A program made the position numbers and the translations under genes. Below are positions 36,530 through 50,029 of a stretch of 64,000 nucleotides of DNA, piece after piece. Numbering within the stretch: position 1 is the stretch's first letter; each line of letters begins with the position of its first letter. The notes under the pieces were generated by a model. That model saw nothing but the letters and a program-made list of their open reading frames with translations, was not told where the DNA came from and ran no database searches. Source of the DNA: Raillietiella orientalis (lineage: Eukaryota); contig JAYWIR010000002.1 of assembly GCA_036172245.1 (NCBI GenBank), positions 6,324,001 through 6,388,000 of the forward strand, in the 5' to 3' direction.

Positions 36530-38330
36530 GCTGCATTGGTTTCTCAGAATTTTCAATTTCCTCAGGTACTTTGGTATTGGCAGAGTCCCACGATCGCAGA
36601 TGCCTTCTACGGTTGCTATTGCGGTGGAGGGCGCTCTTCACTTGGAGCAGAAGAAGAGAGACCCTTCCTCCGCTATTTTACTCACCCGTTTCCCGATGCA
36701 CGTGCCTCTTCCTCTCGGCGTTCCCATTCGGGATGCGATCTTTGGCGGCGGATGCCTGCGGATGCGCTGGGAGCGCTCTATAGGCGCCTGCACCCGCACC
36801 GCCGAATCCACAGGAACTTCCCACTGCCTCGACGCCAGGCTTAGTCCCTCGTACCGCACGTATTTGAGAAGATGGGAAGGAGCACACTCGAACGGGAACA
36901 CAAGTTCACAACGTAGAAAGCTCTAGAAAGCGATTCCGAGAATGCTATCTGCTGGAGATTCCCTGCTGGGTGAGTTCAGGCGAGGTGCGCTTGAAAGGAT
37001 ACAGTGACTTGACCCGCCGCGATTGCGATCCGGCATGCTACTGGAACAGTGTCTGCAACAGCAACCGGAAAATGAATGCTGGAACGCGATGCGCGTGGGA
37101 TTCTCAGAGGAATATTAGGAATGCTCCTGCAACGGGTGAATAGTTGCCAGGAAACAGCGAGGCAAGCAGTCATAAGATGAGGCTTTCGCTTGCTTGATCT
37201 CCATTGAATTTCGCATCCTTTTTCCCTGGATAGCATCTCAGATCTCAGAGTTAAACGCTGACGTCCACACGTGCTCCTACACTCTTTGTTTGAAAGGTCA
37301 TCTCGTTCTGTCGTCCATCCTCTTTGGCCGGCGCCGCTAGGTGACTTCTGAGAACGCGAATGCAGTCGCTCGCAGCGTGAGTCCGCTACACGTCGCACCT
37401 TTTCTGCGGCAGATCTCCGGGGGCTAGGTCTCTCTAGGAGCCGTGTCAGATGGACCCTCTTCAGCAAAAGAGCCCCTTCGATGGGACCAAGACAACTTTC
37501 GGGCTTGGAGCGGCGACGTCCATTTTACCACCCGAGCAGCGAAATCCAATGACACGGTAGCTGCTGCTGGAAACCGGAGGGGCAACTCGTGCCCACAGAC
37601 ATGCCCCATCGGGAACGAGGTCGGGTTCGATCTGTACTCGAACGGAGTGCCCAGGCACGCCCCTTTTATTGCGCGAACCATCGCACTATTTTCCGGAGAC
37701 TTACGCACCTCCGGGTTTTCATCTCCGTCGAAGGCATTCAAGAGTCCGGCATGCATTTCTTTTACCTTGCTGTCTGCATCGTTCCGACCTTTTGATTGTA
37801 TGGGCATAGTATCCATTTTCTGACCGTGTCGGCTCCGGATCCACTTTCTGATCGATACCGTATCCATCTTCTGGTTGTGACAGCACCGTACTCACCTTCT
37901 AGTTGTGTCGGCTCCGGATCCACCTTTTGGTTGTACGAGCATGTTGCTCTTGCCGTTCAAAGGAGGAGTCAGTCAAACACCCAAAAGATTCTGCAAATCC
38001 TTGCTCTGCGCCCCATAGCAAGGGTCTCGGTTGTCCTGAAAACCCTCGACCTCTACATTCCTCTCAACGAAAGCTCCTGGGCTCTCATCTGCAAGACGAA
38101 AGCTCGGATGGTGACGGTGAAAAGTAGCCGCTGATCGTGCGCTTCGCACGGCTGCTAAACGGAAGATATTGAGCAGCGAAGAAGATGAAGAGCAACGGAT
38201 GAGTGTGTCCAGAAGGCGTCTGTTCTTCGGGCTCACCTCGAGTCGGCTCAAAAGGAAAAATATGGCGTGGGAGCGAGCATCGAGGCACCATGCGGGACCG
38301 CTCTTGGATGCGCTGTCGTCTCGGTGAGTT
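36530..38330 (+). mobile_element. Decayed LINE ORF2 endonuclease-linker-RT N-terminus
   Basis: LSAGDS (~36950); RWDQDNFRAWSGDVHF linker; NPRP / IPLNESSWALICKTKARM across a frameshift (N.RP+.L.N..YK+++K..A.R). Confidence 0.5.
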
Positions 38331-38380
38331 GTATCGGGGACATCAAGGAGTTAGTGACTCCACTGACCATGCCCAGCTGG

Positions 38381-39130
38381 CACCCGGTCGCGCCGGGGAG
38401 TTTTATTCAATGTGAAAACAAACAAACAAACGAGCAGATTGGGGACGCAGTTCGCATGGTTAGCAAAAGGTGCTCATAGGAACGGTTCACCCTCAGGAAC
38501 AGCAGCCTCTTTTTTTTGCTGAATGATGGCGCTGGATGCCGAAGATCTTCGACTTCGGCCATCCTCATATGGATGGCCACAGCGAGGGTGACCTTCATGA
38601 CCTTTCTTCGCTGCGCCTCGAGACTCCAGCACATGGCGGGCCGTGACGATCTGACGCGGACGTTACATGTCGCCATCGCAGCACCTGACTAGAGTTCTCA
38701 AAGCTCTAAGAATGGCCGCAGCAAGTTCTCAACAGCGTGCTCCGCGTGCAGGAATGCTGACTCCAGCCACCGTCAAACTTCCCGGAGGGGGCGCTGCAGT
38801 AGAGAAGAAGGTGCGAGAACGATTCGATCGTCCCACATCTGGAGCATAAGGTTCCTCCAGAAACGAGGCACCGGAGCTGATCGCACCGAAATTCCAATGC
38901 AAGAATAGCACCGCCTCGTTCTTCCAGTTTAAGGGTGATACCAAAATGTTTCAATGCAAAAAGGGTGGCTGTCAGCTCCGGCTCCGGGTAAATTTGTGGT
39001 GCCTGCATGCTCAGAGGGGGCAGCGACGCTCCTTCATTCTGAGGTAAGCTTTCCCAATCGGAGGAAGATGCAGGTCGCTGAGGAGTCGAAGGTCACTGTA
39101 ATCAGGCTACGGATGTTTTCTGTTCCATGG
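38381..39130 (-). mobile_element. LINE 3' fragment with near-consensus terminal tag
   Basis: CSRCGTIESFSHLLLYC (ORF 38706..39008); AATAAAAC then tag TCCCCGGCGCGACCGGGTG (38399-38381). Confidence 0.85.
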
Positions 39131-39899
39131 GGTGACCCACCCATCCATGGAAAGAACGAAGGGGCGTGCCCGGGCGCTCCCATGCTGCGCAGGGACTCAC
39201 CACGTGATAGGGGAGAAGGGAAAGAAGGGGGGGGAAGGGAGCGTCCAGCGGAACCGCTTCGCTTCTTTCCGCAAGTTAGGCGGCTTTCTGATCCTTTCGA
39301 CTTCTGCAGTTTCTAGCAACCTGACTCCGAACGAAAGATTGCTCACTTAAGAATCAATTCAGAGGACACTTGGGAATGCGATTTTTGTTTTTTTGTTTTT
39401 TCGTCTTGTGTTTGCGAAATCTTCAGCGGCATCGATTTTTCTTTCGAACAGGAGAAGGCAATTGGCTTCCTGCTAATGAAGAAAACTATTGAGTTCGGTT
39501 CGGTTCATTACTCAGGATTCTCTCTTGATGACGTCATCCTCCCTTGAAAGTAAAAAAAGACAAAAAAAAAAATTTTTTCTTTGCATCAGTGAATTTATTT
39601 CGCACTTTTTTTCGTTTTTTTCTTTTTTAGAGGCAGCACAAGAAAAGAAAGTTCAGGCGGCGCACACCCTCGCAGCCGTTCACAATTATTCGGTACATCC
39701 CATACATTTGAAAACACTCATTTCCAACACGCCTCCTTCCTCCTCGGGGAGGTCGCCGGAATTCCTTGGCGCACACTGAGTGCATATTCAATTGGACACA
39801 GAAGGTCTATAATTGAAGATGACGTTTCACTCCCCCCCTCTCCTTTCCCCGTTGCCATGAACACAGAAATTTTCGTAAGTTCGGAGGAGCTTCGTTCGG

Positions 39900-40760
39900 A
39901 GTCATCTGCGCTTTATGGTTCCCCCTTTTAGACGGTGCCTCGAGCGCCTCGCAACGGGCGACGCCGGCTGCTTGCGAAGAACGCTGTGCCGGACCGCGGC
40001 GAAGAGCGAGCTCTTCGCGCGGTGGTGACGTCGCTGCTGCGCCTCAAAGGCATTCGATCTACTTTGCTGGTGACGCAGCTCGGAGCCCTCCTTCCACGCA
40101 GCCGCGCGGAAGGACCCTGGGCGGAGGCGATATGGGCACGTGGCAGCAGCGCGTGGCACCTTCCCGCAGCCTCCTCGGATTCCGTTGGTGGGAATGCGGA
40201 GAGGCTTGCCGCGGCCTCCGCCATCTTCATCCAGCACACTTTCGGGAGGCTGTTCAGTTTGTGCCTGCACTTCCGAAGCCTTTGCGGAAGGAATCCCTTG
40301 CCACGGTCTCCTCCTTCGAGCCCTCAAGCTGAACTCTTCGCCTATTTTTCCCAGGTAAGGTCCCACCGTCCACCAGCGTTCTCCATGGGAGCGCGGCTGC
40401 AATGAGGGTGAATTTCTCTTCGCTGTGCTTGCGTCTCGAGGGAAGCGACGATCGAGCGGACGCAGCGACTCTCCACATTGCTGGTTCGGCACTCCCTCAT
40501 CCTCGTCCGCGCTCCCTCAATCACACCAGCTGTCTTTAGGAGGGCGACTCTCAGCAGGGTGCTCCGGGACCGGTGAGAATACCTGAAAAGTGTGGTGGTC
40601 GGTGTTCTCGCTACTCGTGTTCTCAAGGCTAACACTTCTCTGTTCCTTGTGGCTGCAGCATCTTGAAGAAGCAAGCGGAGACCTTTCCACTCGCCTTCCT
40701 CCCAGCACGCCCATCGCCAACGGAAGAGGGAACCGAGTCATCCGATGACGCCGGAACCTC
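39900..40760 (-). mobile_element. LINE RT C-terminus/thumb remnant
   Basis: WMKMAEAAASLSAF...AAGRCHALL resembles W..+..++...+..W....LS..GR..L+. Confidence 0.45.
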
Positions 40761-41149
40761 CGTTGTGAATTCGAGCTTACAGGCAAACGAAGATCTGTTT
40801 TTGTTTTAAAAAAGAAAAGAAATGCAATCTCAAAGGACACTGAGTCTAACGAAATTGAGAAGAATTCCAGACCAACCAGCAAGAGACAAAGTTGAACTTG
40901 CCAGCACAGTCCGCCTAAGGGGATGGAGAGGGTAGAAGAAGAAGGAAGCGAAAATACCTGTAAGTCTTCATGTGGGAGACAGGAGAAGTAAAGCCTCTGG
41001 TATTTTCCTGAAGTCGTCTACATCCAGTGCCGGGTGCAGGCAACTTTCGCCCTCAGTTCGGCGCTGGCATAGTCCACCTCGTCGTCTTCCTCAAGAAGGT
41101 GGTCGTCATGAGGATGGCGTTCCCTTAGCGTTTCGGAGGCTGCTGTGAA

Positions 41150-42110
41150 TCGAGACTATCGAGACCAGCGTGGCAAGAGCTTCAGCATGTCTTTGGGAGG
41201 GGGAGAGGAGGGGCTTCCTAACGGCAGTACGTCGACGGGCAGGGGCTGCTACGTTCTTCAGGAGGAGGTGGAACAGTCCACAAGCACGTGCGGGAAGGAG
41301 TTCGCTTCCTCGGAGGTGGGGAACAGGGACGCGCCATGCACCTTTTCTCTAGCTTCGACGGTCTGCAGGGCAAGCAGGCAGACAACGCAAGGGAGACCTC
41401 AGTGCAGCAGCCGTGTCTCCGCGCTTCAGAGGAAGAGTGGGTATGTTCACGAGGAAGCGAGAACTCGGAAGAATTCAGGCTCTCCCTCTTGCACGGGGGC
41501 TTCCTTGCCTGCTTGTCTCTTGGCCAGGCGCTGCTCACGCCGGTCCGACACGACGCGCAGCTTGCAGCAAGCTCCTGATGTACCTTCATACACGTTGCCT
41601 TCGGCGGGGATGAAGCATCTCGCCAAACGGTGTGCCACCACCGATTGATTCCTAAAGAGATTTTGATTGAAAGTCATTGAGAAATGATTTTGGAAAAAAA
41701 ATGGCTGGTGATCCCGTTCAGACTTTGCACGAAGTGCTTCTTTCCTATCTTTGGACGGATTTTCTGATGAGCTGACATCCCGGGATCCGTCGGCTCATCA
41801 AGAAGGAACCTCGAAATCCAATCAAGCTGCATGCAGTCGAACCTGCGGAAATAGGCCAGCACTGAACCAGAACGCGAGACCCGAGTCGAGAATCACCAAA
41901 TGGCCTGCTGAAGGCGAGGGAAGATGCTCCAGTAAAAAAGAGTTGTCCAGGGTCTGAAGATTCGCGTGCAGGTGACGCGTCCAGAGGGCGGTCGGCGGCA
42001 TCTGACTAAAGCAGCCGCGGAGCAGCTTAGGCAGAGGTTGGAACGAGAGGGAGGCAAAGGCTCCTCTTCTCGGCAAGTCTTATGCTTGCTGCAGTCTCCA
42101 TCTCATCCAC
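41150..42110 (-). mobile_element. LINE post-RT to zinc-finger remnant
   Basis: EEANSFPHVLVDC (~41270-41310); 41610-41835 is a diverged direct paralog of 44243-44460 (CMQLDWI in both). Confidence 0.65.
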
Positions 42111-42112
42111 CA

Positions 42113-42130
42113 ATATATATATATATATAT
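42113..42130. repeat. (AT)9 microsatellite
   Basis: Direct reading. Confidence 0.9.
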
Positions 42131-43309
42131 TGGTGTTCCTTAGCTCGCTTTGCAAGGAATCATGCGTTTCTGGAAAGCAGTACGGATGGTTGTGGGGCAG
42201 GAAACCCACTGCTCGCAAGTGACCTTCTGCAGGTGTTGCGAGGCTGCCATCAGACGTGCGAATGAGGGAAACTGCATTCCTGACCTGGGAGGCGGGAAAT
42301 GTAATTGGACGAATCGAACGGCAGCCACTGGTTACTTCCCCTTCTCCCACGTAATGGTAGTGTTGCAAAAAGCACCTTCCGCGAGAAGGCTGGCATCCGT
42401 GCACCTCTGGTCAAGTGACTTACCAGAGACAAGAATCCACGGTGTAAAAGCTGTTCATCGGGTGTAGCATCTACGACCACTCCAACGTAAGTCCTTCATT
42501 GCCGAAGGAGGGGAGTATGGATTCAGTGATCGGCGGAAACATCAGCTTGCATCGTGGGTGAGTTCTGAGCTGCACGGAGTTGTAACTGTCGTTGTCAACT
42601 TTGAAAGATTGGGACGTGGGAAGGCCTGCCACGGCCTGCTTCAGAAGGGCGTTGGATCCATCCCTCCTGCTGCACAGCATGCTTGTTTCCTCTTTTCTTT
42701 TTTCCTCCTGCAGGAAGACGTGTCAGAACACGAAACCTCGGGATCCGATTGTCTTGGTAGGAATCCATGTCACCGTGCCTTTCGACACACGTGTCGAAAA
42801 GCTGCTTGCGTGTAAGAGGTCACCACGACGGAGACCGTGCCTGCAACTGCAGACTACTTCTTCGTGGGGAAGCAATTGCAGGAAATCCTTCCTCTGGAAG
42901 AGCGAAAATCCCAGTGAAGTTGATGCTCCTCCCTCTCTGAAATACAAGATGATCGATAATCAGAGGCACCGAACAAACCCGTCCAAGGATGGTCACGAAG
43001 CTGGGATTTCGCTTCTCATTTATCCGGAGTGTTTCCTAATGGCCACGCCGGATTCGGACGCTAGGATCGGGTGATGGGTCTGCGTTGGCCACTCAGTTCA
43101 GCATCCGCATTTTTTTTTTCCATTCTTTTCGAGTGCAGCCCTGAGAGGAGGGGGAGGTGAGGGGCATCCAGAGGTGAGCAAGTGCGAGCGGAGACGCCAG
43201 TTCGAGGAAAGGCCTCACCGTAGGGCGAAGCTGTCGTTCTTCACCGCGGGTGCTGTGGGCGGTCTTCGGCTCGTGACAGTAATAATCCTCTTGCGCACGC
43301 AGCCCATCT

Positions 43310-43530
43310 TCTGTGGATGCTGTCCGCGCGTGGTAACAAGCGCTTCGGATTCGAATCCCGCCTGGGGAAAAATCGATGCTGAGAATGGAGGGGCGTCGTA
43401 GGTTCTTAACCCTCAACCTCCCTCCTTAAGGATGACGCTGGATGGCCTACAGGCTTCAAGTGAGGCACTAGTGGAAGCTGGATGCACCCGTTGACTGGCC
43501 GGAGCTGAAAGATTCCTCTTCCGGAATCGA
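43310..43530 (+). mobile_element. Family B head fragment
   Basis: GGATTCGAATCCCGCC at 43347; CGTTGACTGGCCGGAGCTGAAAG matches 4868-4890. Confidence 0.7.
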
Positions 43531-43539
43531 CAATTCGTG

Positions 43540-44460
43540 TGGGAGTTCGTCGGAGAAGCAATCCTATGTAAACCTCTCCTTCCCCCTTTCTTCCCGGTAA
43601 ACGGTTGCTTTCATCCTTCCATGTGGGGTTCCGACCGTGTGGGAGCGAGTCGCCGTGGACGCAGGTCGGCTGTAGGCGCTTTCTGGATGCTCACACGCAG
43701 GCCAGCACGCGGGAGAATCTTCGCGGATATGCTGCCTTGTCCTCTTCGTCCTTGAATCGTGGTCGAAATTTGCAAAGACATCAGGAAAATGCCCACGTAC
43801 ACCAGCAGCCTCATGCACGGATGTCACCATGGTAACGAGTCCATATCGGATGCAGGTGGCAGTCAAGACATCTTCTGTAGCAACAAATGAAAACCGTCTC
43901 TTTGAGGAATTCGCACCAGTAATTCGATTGACTGCTCATGCGCAGTGCACTCTGTTGCTATGATAAGCGCTTTGCAGCCTTGGAGCGATTCATAAGTCTG
44001 CTGCTATGAGGAGACACTTCAGGGTGCTTCTGCGATGCTGTCTCAGTAGACGGGGATGGAGACAGACCTCGAAGCGGATCGGCAGCCCCGTGAATAGAAA
44101 GCACAGAACTTACGACCGAGCTGGGAAGGAAGGGAAGGGGAGGGGAGAAGGGGGGTAGGCTTTGGTTTTTATAGTGCTCATGCGACACAGTTACGAAGAC
44201 AACAACAAATGGATGGCATCAGCTTCCAGGCCTCGACAGAGATAAAGCATCTCGCCGAACGATGTGCCATCACCAATTGATTCCCAGAGAGATTGGATTG
44301 AAAGCCATCCGAAAATGACTTCGGAAAATAACAGGTGATCTTGTCCAGGCTTGTACGAAATGCCTCTTTTCGAGGACCACAGGATCCTGAGATTTGTCAG
44401 CTCATCAAAAAAAGATCCCAGGATCCAATCAAGCTGCATGCACTCCATCAACTTCAGGAT
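43540..44460 (-). mobile_element. LINE post-RT remnant
   Basis: Paralogy of 44243-44460 with 41610-41835. Confidence 0.5.
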
Positions 44461-45759
44461 TAAGAAAACAAGGATAGAAGTGAAATCCGAAAGAAAAATT
44501 AGAGTTATCGAAGAGGGGAGAACTTTTCTTATGCACGGAGAGCGGGGAAGACACACACACAAAAAAAAAAAAGGAACGAGGGGAGGGAAGAAAAAAAGAA
44601 GAAAAGAAAAAAAAACAGCCTCCGGGTAACCATGGAAACTCGAAGTCTCAAACAGAATGTTTGCATTATGCAGAGAGAGACCCTTGAAACAAAGCAACGT
44701 CTAGCATTTCTTTATGGTAACGTTCATAAGTAATTTCATTTATAAGAGTGAGGGAATGTAGCGTGGAGAGAAGAGCGCGATCACGAAAAACTGGAGATGC
44801 AATCAGATGGGAGCCACTGTTGATGAAAGCATCTACGATGACGCAAGAACAATATATGAACTAAAGTTTGCCAAGAATCCAAAAAGTAATCAAGGGAACA
44901 CTTTATAAGTTCAGAAAGAGCTAATCGAATCCTGGAAATTCAGCCGATTCGGGACAAGAGAGACGGTCACTGGGGGTCGGGAAGTTCTCCGGCAGAGAGC
45001 TCTGGGGCCGCTCGATTATGCGTAAGAGGACATTGCTTTCTCCTGGCGGATCAAAAGGCGCGCATCAGGCGCGCGTGGCCTCCGTTCATAGTGCGTGTTC
45101 CGGTGCCCACGTTACGATCCGCACCTGCCAGACAGGCCGTGATTGCCGGCCATCAAAATTTGGAACGGACGAAGCTCAAACCGAAAGGTGGACGGGGAGC
45201 AACTCGTTTCCCGGGAGGCCATCCGACACCCTGAGGCGGCGGAAGGACGGGAGCAGGGATCTCTCACAGGAACCGGAACCACGCTACGCCTCGAAGCTCG
45301 GCTCTCCCGGCGAGAAGAACCGGGTCGGCCTGCAGGTGCTTTAGCACCACTTGAACCTCCCGCCGCAGGAATCCGGTTCTCTTCGAGCTGTGAGACGCTG
45401 AGGGCGCCTACTCGCGCGACCTGTTCCAGATGGAGCGCCTGCCACGGAAAACTGCCGCCTGGGACCATCGGGAGGCACACCGAAAACCCCTTCGACGGCC
45501 ACGCGGGGGTACAGCTCAGCAAACCTTAGACCGGGGTAACGGCGCCAGCAGCAGCACGCGCTGCGCGCAGTACCATGTGGACAACCGGCGGTGGGGCTGC
45601 TACGGGATCGCGCTGACCTGGAACGGTGAACTCGTACAAGTGGATGCATTCGGAGGATGTGAAGAAGATGCAATTCAGTCCCTTGCCGCCGGAGAAGGAC
45701 TGGCTTCTACCCTGCGCCTCCTCTTAAGGGACGGTCCCACCGCGCAGTGGCTAGGAGAT

Positions 45760-46730
45760 GCAGCGGACGAATAAAAATGGCCAAAAAAACATGCGTGGAG
45801 ATGCGCCACGGTGTCTCATTCGGAAATCAGAGGAAGAATGACCAATTTCTGGTCTTTGGAAGCCCACATCCACTGCGCCGAAAGCTTTGGAAAGACAATG
45901 CATCAGGGAGTTGCTGACCGCCCTCCGATAGAACCCATCCATAGACGTGCTAGAAGTCTCCGCCCGTCTAAAGGAATGCCGATTCAAGATTGAGAACCTT
46001 CACGCGGTTACGGAAGGTCACACGGCACTCTCCGAACAGAGGTAAGCTCTGCAGAAAGGATTGAGACAGAAGCTCTTCCAGCTTTAGGACGTTGAGCAGC
46101 TCCAGGACGGCGGAGGCAGGCGTCGCTCTCTCTGACGATTCCTTCAAACGCGGGAGAGTGAACCTCGCGCACGCAGATCGACCTTCTGCTTCGGCGGAAA
46201 GCTGCTGAACTGTTTCCTGTCCTGATAGCCTGGGGCTTGACCCACCAACGCGGCCACCTTGATGCTGAGGACGAGAATGTGATTGGCTCTCGACGGTCGG
46301 TAACTCCATGCGACTCCTATGTTCAAGAGGACCGCACCCACCAGATGACGCCGTAGTCTCGTAAGCTGCACTCGAAAAGGGAGTGCCACTGGCCGTCCTA
46401 AGCACGATACCCTGCAGGCGTCTTGCAGGCTGTCGAAAGTCAAAACCTGCGGGGCACGCTAACGACCTCTGCTCCGCATCGGTCCTCAGCGGCGCGTTCT
46501 TGTACAGGTCTGAGGGAAACTCGGTGTTCTTTCACATAAAGGGACTTCTGGCAAATGCCGCGCTGCTGGTCAGGTCATTCGGGAGCTGAAGAGAAAGGGC
46601 CGGGTAGCATCCGAGTCTGAGGGAAGCAGAGGGTCCTGGGTTCTTTTGGAGAATCACTACATCGAAAAGGGAGTCCATGAAAGAGTTCCGTGGAGCCAGG
46701 TCCGACAAGCGGTGGGGTGAATTCATCAAA
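45760..46730 (-). mobile_element. LINE APE endonuclease plus pre-RT remnant
   Basis: FDVVILQK (D++.LQE), WSYRPSRANHILV (SR+DH+LV), SSTSMDGFYRR (KSPG.DG+..EFY-like). Confidence 0.65.
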
Positions 46731-47069
46731 TCGAACTTTTAACAAACAACGTAAAGTCTTTGTCGTTCTTTCAGTGTTTTCATCATCAACAACTGCACTG
46801 TTTTTACACTGTCCATTTCACTTTGCTTCCACACTTGAACTGCTTTTGAAGTTTGAGTTCGGAGTGGGTGGGAAGTTGTTCCTTTTGCCTGCACGTAATT
46901 GTCAATCTTTTTAAGGATGTAGAGATACGTCCAGGCGGGGACGCTTCTGCAGTTCCTAATTTCTATTTGGATCCTCCTTTCGGATCAGTCCTTTTAGTAT
47001 TTCCAGAGCCTGTATTTCTCTTCTCGTGTTTTGCATCTTCGCCCTTCTTATCACGATTGCTGTGATGAA

Positions 47070-48050
47070 GAAGGCAAGCGTGGTTCGAACTATCGGGTTG
47101 TACAGGGGAAAGTTTCCGTACACCTGAAATAAGCCCTCCAGAATTTCCAACTTCCTGCTTCTCTGCAGGCTGGTCACCGCCTTCATCGCCTGCCAATCAG
47201 GTCGGAGCATGGGGCAGATGAACACATGCAACTGTGTTTCTTCCTCTTCACGCGCCTTGAAGAGTCAGTCCTAGATGTTCCCGGTCCAGTGTTGCAGTCT
47301 GGAACCACTCAGGATCCCTCAGTGATAGAACAGCAGGAGATCGTCCTGGATGAAGGTCACTCCAGCGTTCTGGAACTCTCTGATTGCCATTGAAAGCAGC
47401 AGAAGGTGAGTTCGGCGATGGACTTTATGGACTTCGACACCGAGCAGTCTCCACGGCAAGCTCTCAGAGAGTGAAGGCTAAAGTAAGACATTCCCATGAA
47501 GATCAGACAGGTAATCAAACCCAGTTCGAAGCTGTAAGGGAACCGACAAAGATGTCAAGTATTCTGTCAGTGAGCATCTTTGTAATTCAGATGCTGATGC
47601 AGGCTCATCGTAACCCCATTAAGTCCGGAGGCAGATTTGTGACGATCTGGAGTGTTTCACTTGCAGCTTGCACGCATGACCTTGGAGAAGACACGCTTCC
47701 CGGAAGTTTTTGACACCTGTCATTCCATTCTTAAGCTTCTTGATTCTCGGTCTTTTGGCTAAGATCAAAGTGTCTTAAGCCAACTGCACTCCAAACCGTC
47801 CTCGGAAATGTTGCCTCTGGAAGCAGTCCAAGAGCTATGTATGGCCGTTTCCTCGTTTTCAAATGTGAGGACCTCGAGGATGCAACTCTTTCCCGATGAG
47901 GATGCTCCACAGCATTTCAGGAAAGAGAAAGCATGAGCAGAACGATGGCTTTTAAGTCGAGCAGAGGATGCTGAGTTCCTGGAACGGCCAGTTGAAGGCT
48001 CTTCAAAAAGGATCAATGAAGCTGTTCAGAGGTTCGGAGGCTTCCAAGCG
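47070..48050 (-). mobile_element. LINE linker to RT remnant
   Basis: DLHPGRS (~47345); DWQAMKAVTS...LEGLFQVYGNF (D..KAFD.V...L..+G+). Confidence 0.45.
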
Positions 48051-48939
48051 TGCTGCAGAGGTCGGATCGCGGCCTACTGATGGAAACCGCGCGCTCGACT
48101 TTTGAAAGAGCGAGTGACTGGCTTCCCCGGAGGCAGTTACTCTCCTTGCGTGCTGCTCGTTTCCAGGTGCAGTGCGAGCGAGGGGAGGGGAGGGGAGAGG
48201 AGTTCGGCATCAGCAAGCGGCTCCCGAAATTGGAAAGATTCCCTGGACGAACTTTGGCTTCGAGGGGCGCAGTAAGTGCAGGAGGGAGGGAAATTCATCT
48301 CCGGGTTCCGCCAAGCCAGGTTACAGGGAAAGGAAGGGGTTGGAGCGACCTGCGATCCCGCGCCGCGAAAACCTCATAAAGTGGGATTGATGAATTTTGC
48401 AATTTAGGGGTTTCGGGATGCGTCGGTGAATGGGACCGGCAAGGCGAACGATCCGCCCTCGAGAGCTGTTGCTGCGCCCGTGTTCCTCGGTGGTCGCAGG
48501 ACGCCGCCGCGTCCTCGACGCGAGGAGCAGATGGAGCCACGTCTTTCTGGAGGATGGAAAGCTGCAGCTCCTGCCGCATCGTCGGACGGGGCCGTGCCGA
48601 AAGCCGGAGTGCGCGGATCGAACGCCAGGAAGTCGGGAGCGTGGATCTCCGTTTCGCGAAGGTGACGGTTCTGTGTGCGCCTTCGCCGCGGAGCAGATGT
48701 TCCCACGTAATGGCGAGGCAGGCTCCCGAGGATTCCACCGTCCGCGCGTCGGAGCTCCTGACTTCGGATTTAATTGCATCTGCTCATTTCGGCGAGCATA
48801 ATCGAAAAGGAATCGATCGGGAACGGTGAATGCTCCGGCCTAGTTTATGGGTGGAACGGCAGGGAGAGAGCAAACCGGAATCGGATCGAATGGCGAGTAG
48901 GCGCAACGGTACGGGGGCCATTTCCTCGGTTGGAGGGCA

Positions 48940-49345
48940 ACCACGCAAGTGAACTGCTTCTTGCCTCCTCTTCCTCCTCGTTTGAAGAGAACCCCGAAGG
49001 GACGCTTCCCAATTTCCCCAAAGGGCGCTCCTTCAGAGGAGGGTATATCAACCAGCTCCATGGCACGGCTCCATTTACACAACCGGAGGGTAGACCCAGT
49101 GGGAACGGGCTCCTTGATGTCCTGGAAGGATCCCGGAGGGTCAGCTTCCCATACCGGCCAAAGGAGGCATCTATTTTCCACCGATGTCGCACCCGAATCC
49201 ACAGAGGTCAGCCAGAATCATCCTGCGGAAGGGAGAGGGGGGAGACGCGAAACCCACGAGGCACCCGTTTCCCGGGGTCGAAGCTTCCCCGGGTGGGGCT
49301 CAAACCCGCAACGCTTGGTGCCACGGCGAGGCTCGTCTTCCTCCT
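48940..49345 (-). mobile_element. Family B element with tRNA-like head
   Basis: GTGGCACCAAGCGTTGCGGGTTTGAGCCCCACCCGG head; ATG at 49061 (MELVDIP...EIGKRPFGVLFKR). Confidence 0.7.
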
Positions 49346-50029
49346 CCCGTCCTAAACCGCTTGCGCCTGCTGACAGATTATGCAGGTATCTTTCCCTCCC
49401 GAATCATCCTGGCGCTATCCCCAAACACCGCACAATCCTTTGTTCTCTCTGTCAACACGACATGGTAAATTAAGACGAGGCAGTCGGACTGTGCCAATAC
49501 GGCCGGAACGGATGCGACCAGATTGCTCGCCGAGTGACAAATTGCCGACGATGTCAGCGCAGCAGCGGAATGTTTTCTTCTGGCATTTTACGGCTACAGA
49601 AATTTTCCATGCTCCTGCGGGAGGAGGGACCCACCACAACCCCCATCTTCCTCATTGCGCTCCCGTTCTGAAGGCGCTAGCTGGGGAGGGGGCCTTGGGG
49701 GTCAGGGAACGTGCGAAGAAACGGCTGCCGCACCGAGGGCTCGCTGCAAACCACGCCGGCTCCGGGAGGCGCTGCCGAACCAGAGCAGTCGGCATCGTTG
49801 GTGTGCGGGGAGGTGGGCCTAAGGAAACCCCCCGCGGGGCTGTGCCTCGATGGCACCTCAGGTGCGCCCCGCCTCGAAGCGCGCGGTCGCTGCTGCGGTC
49901 TGACACCTCTTTCCCACCCGGCAAGACCCAGTCAACGTCCAAATGGGAATGCTCGCCTCCTCCGCACTCAAGGATCGTGCCGAGGAGATCCGGCATCGCC
50001 TAAGTTCTCTTCCCACCGCTCCTCCAGCG

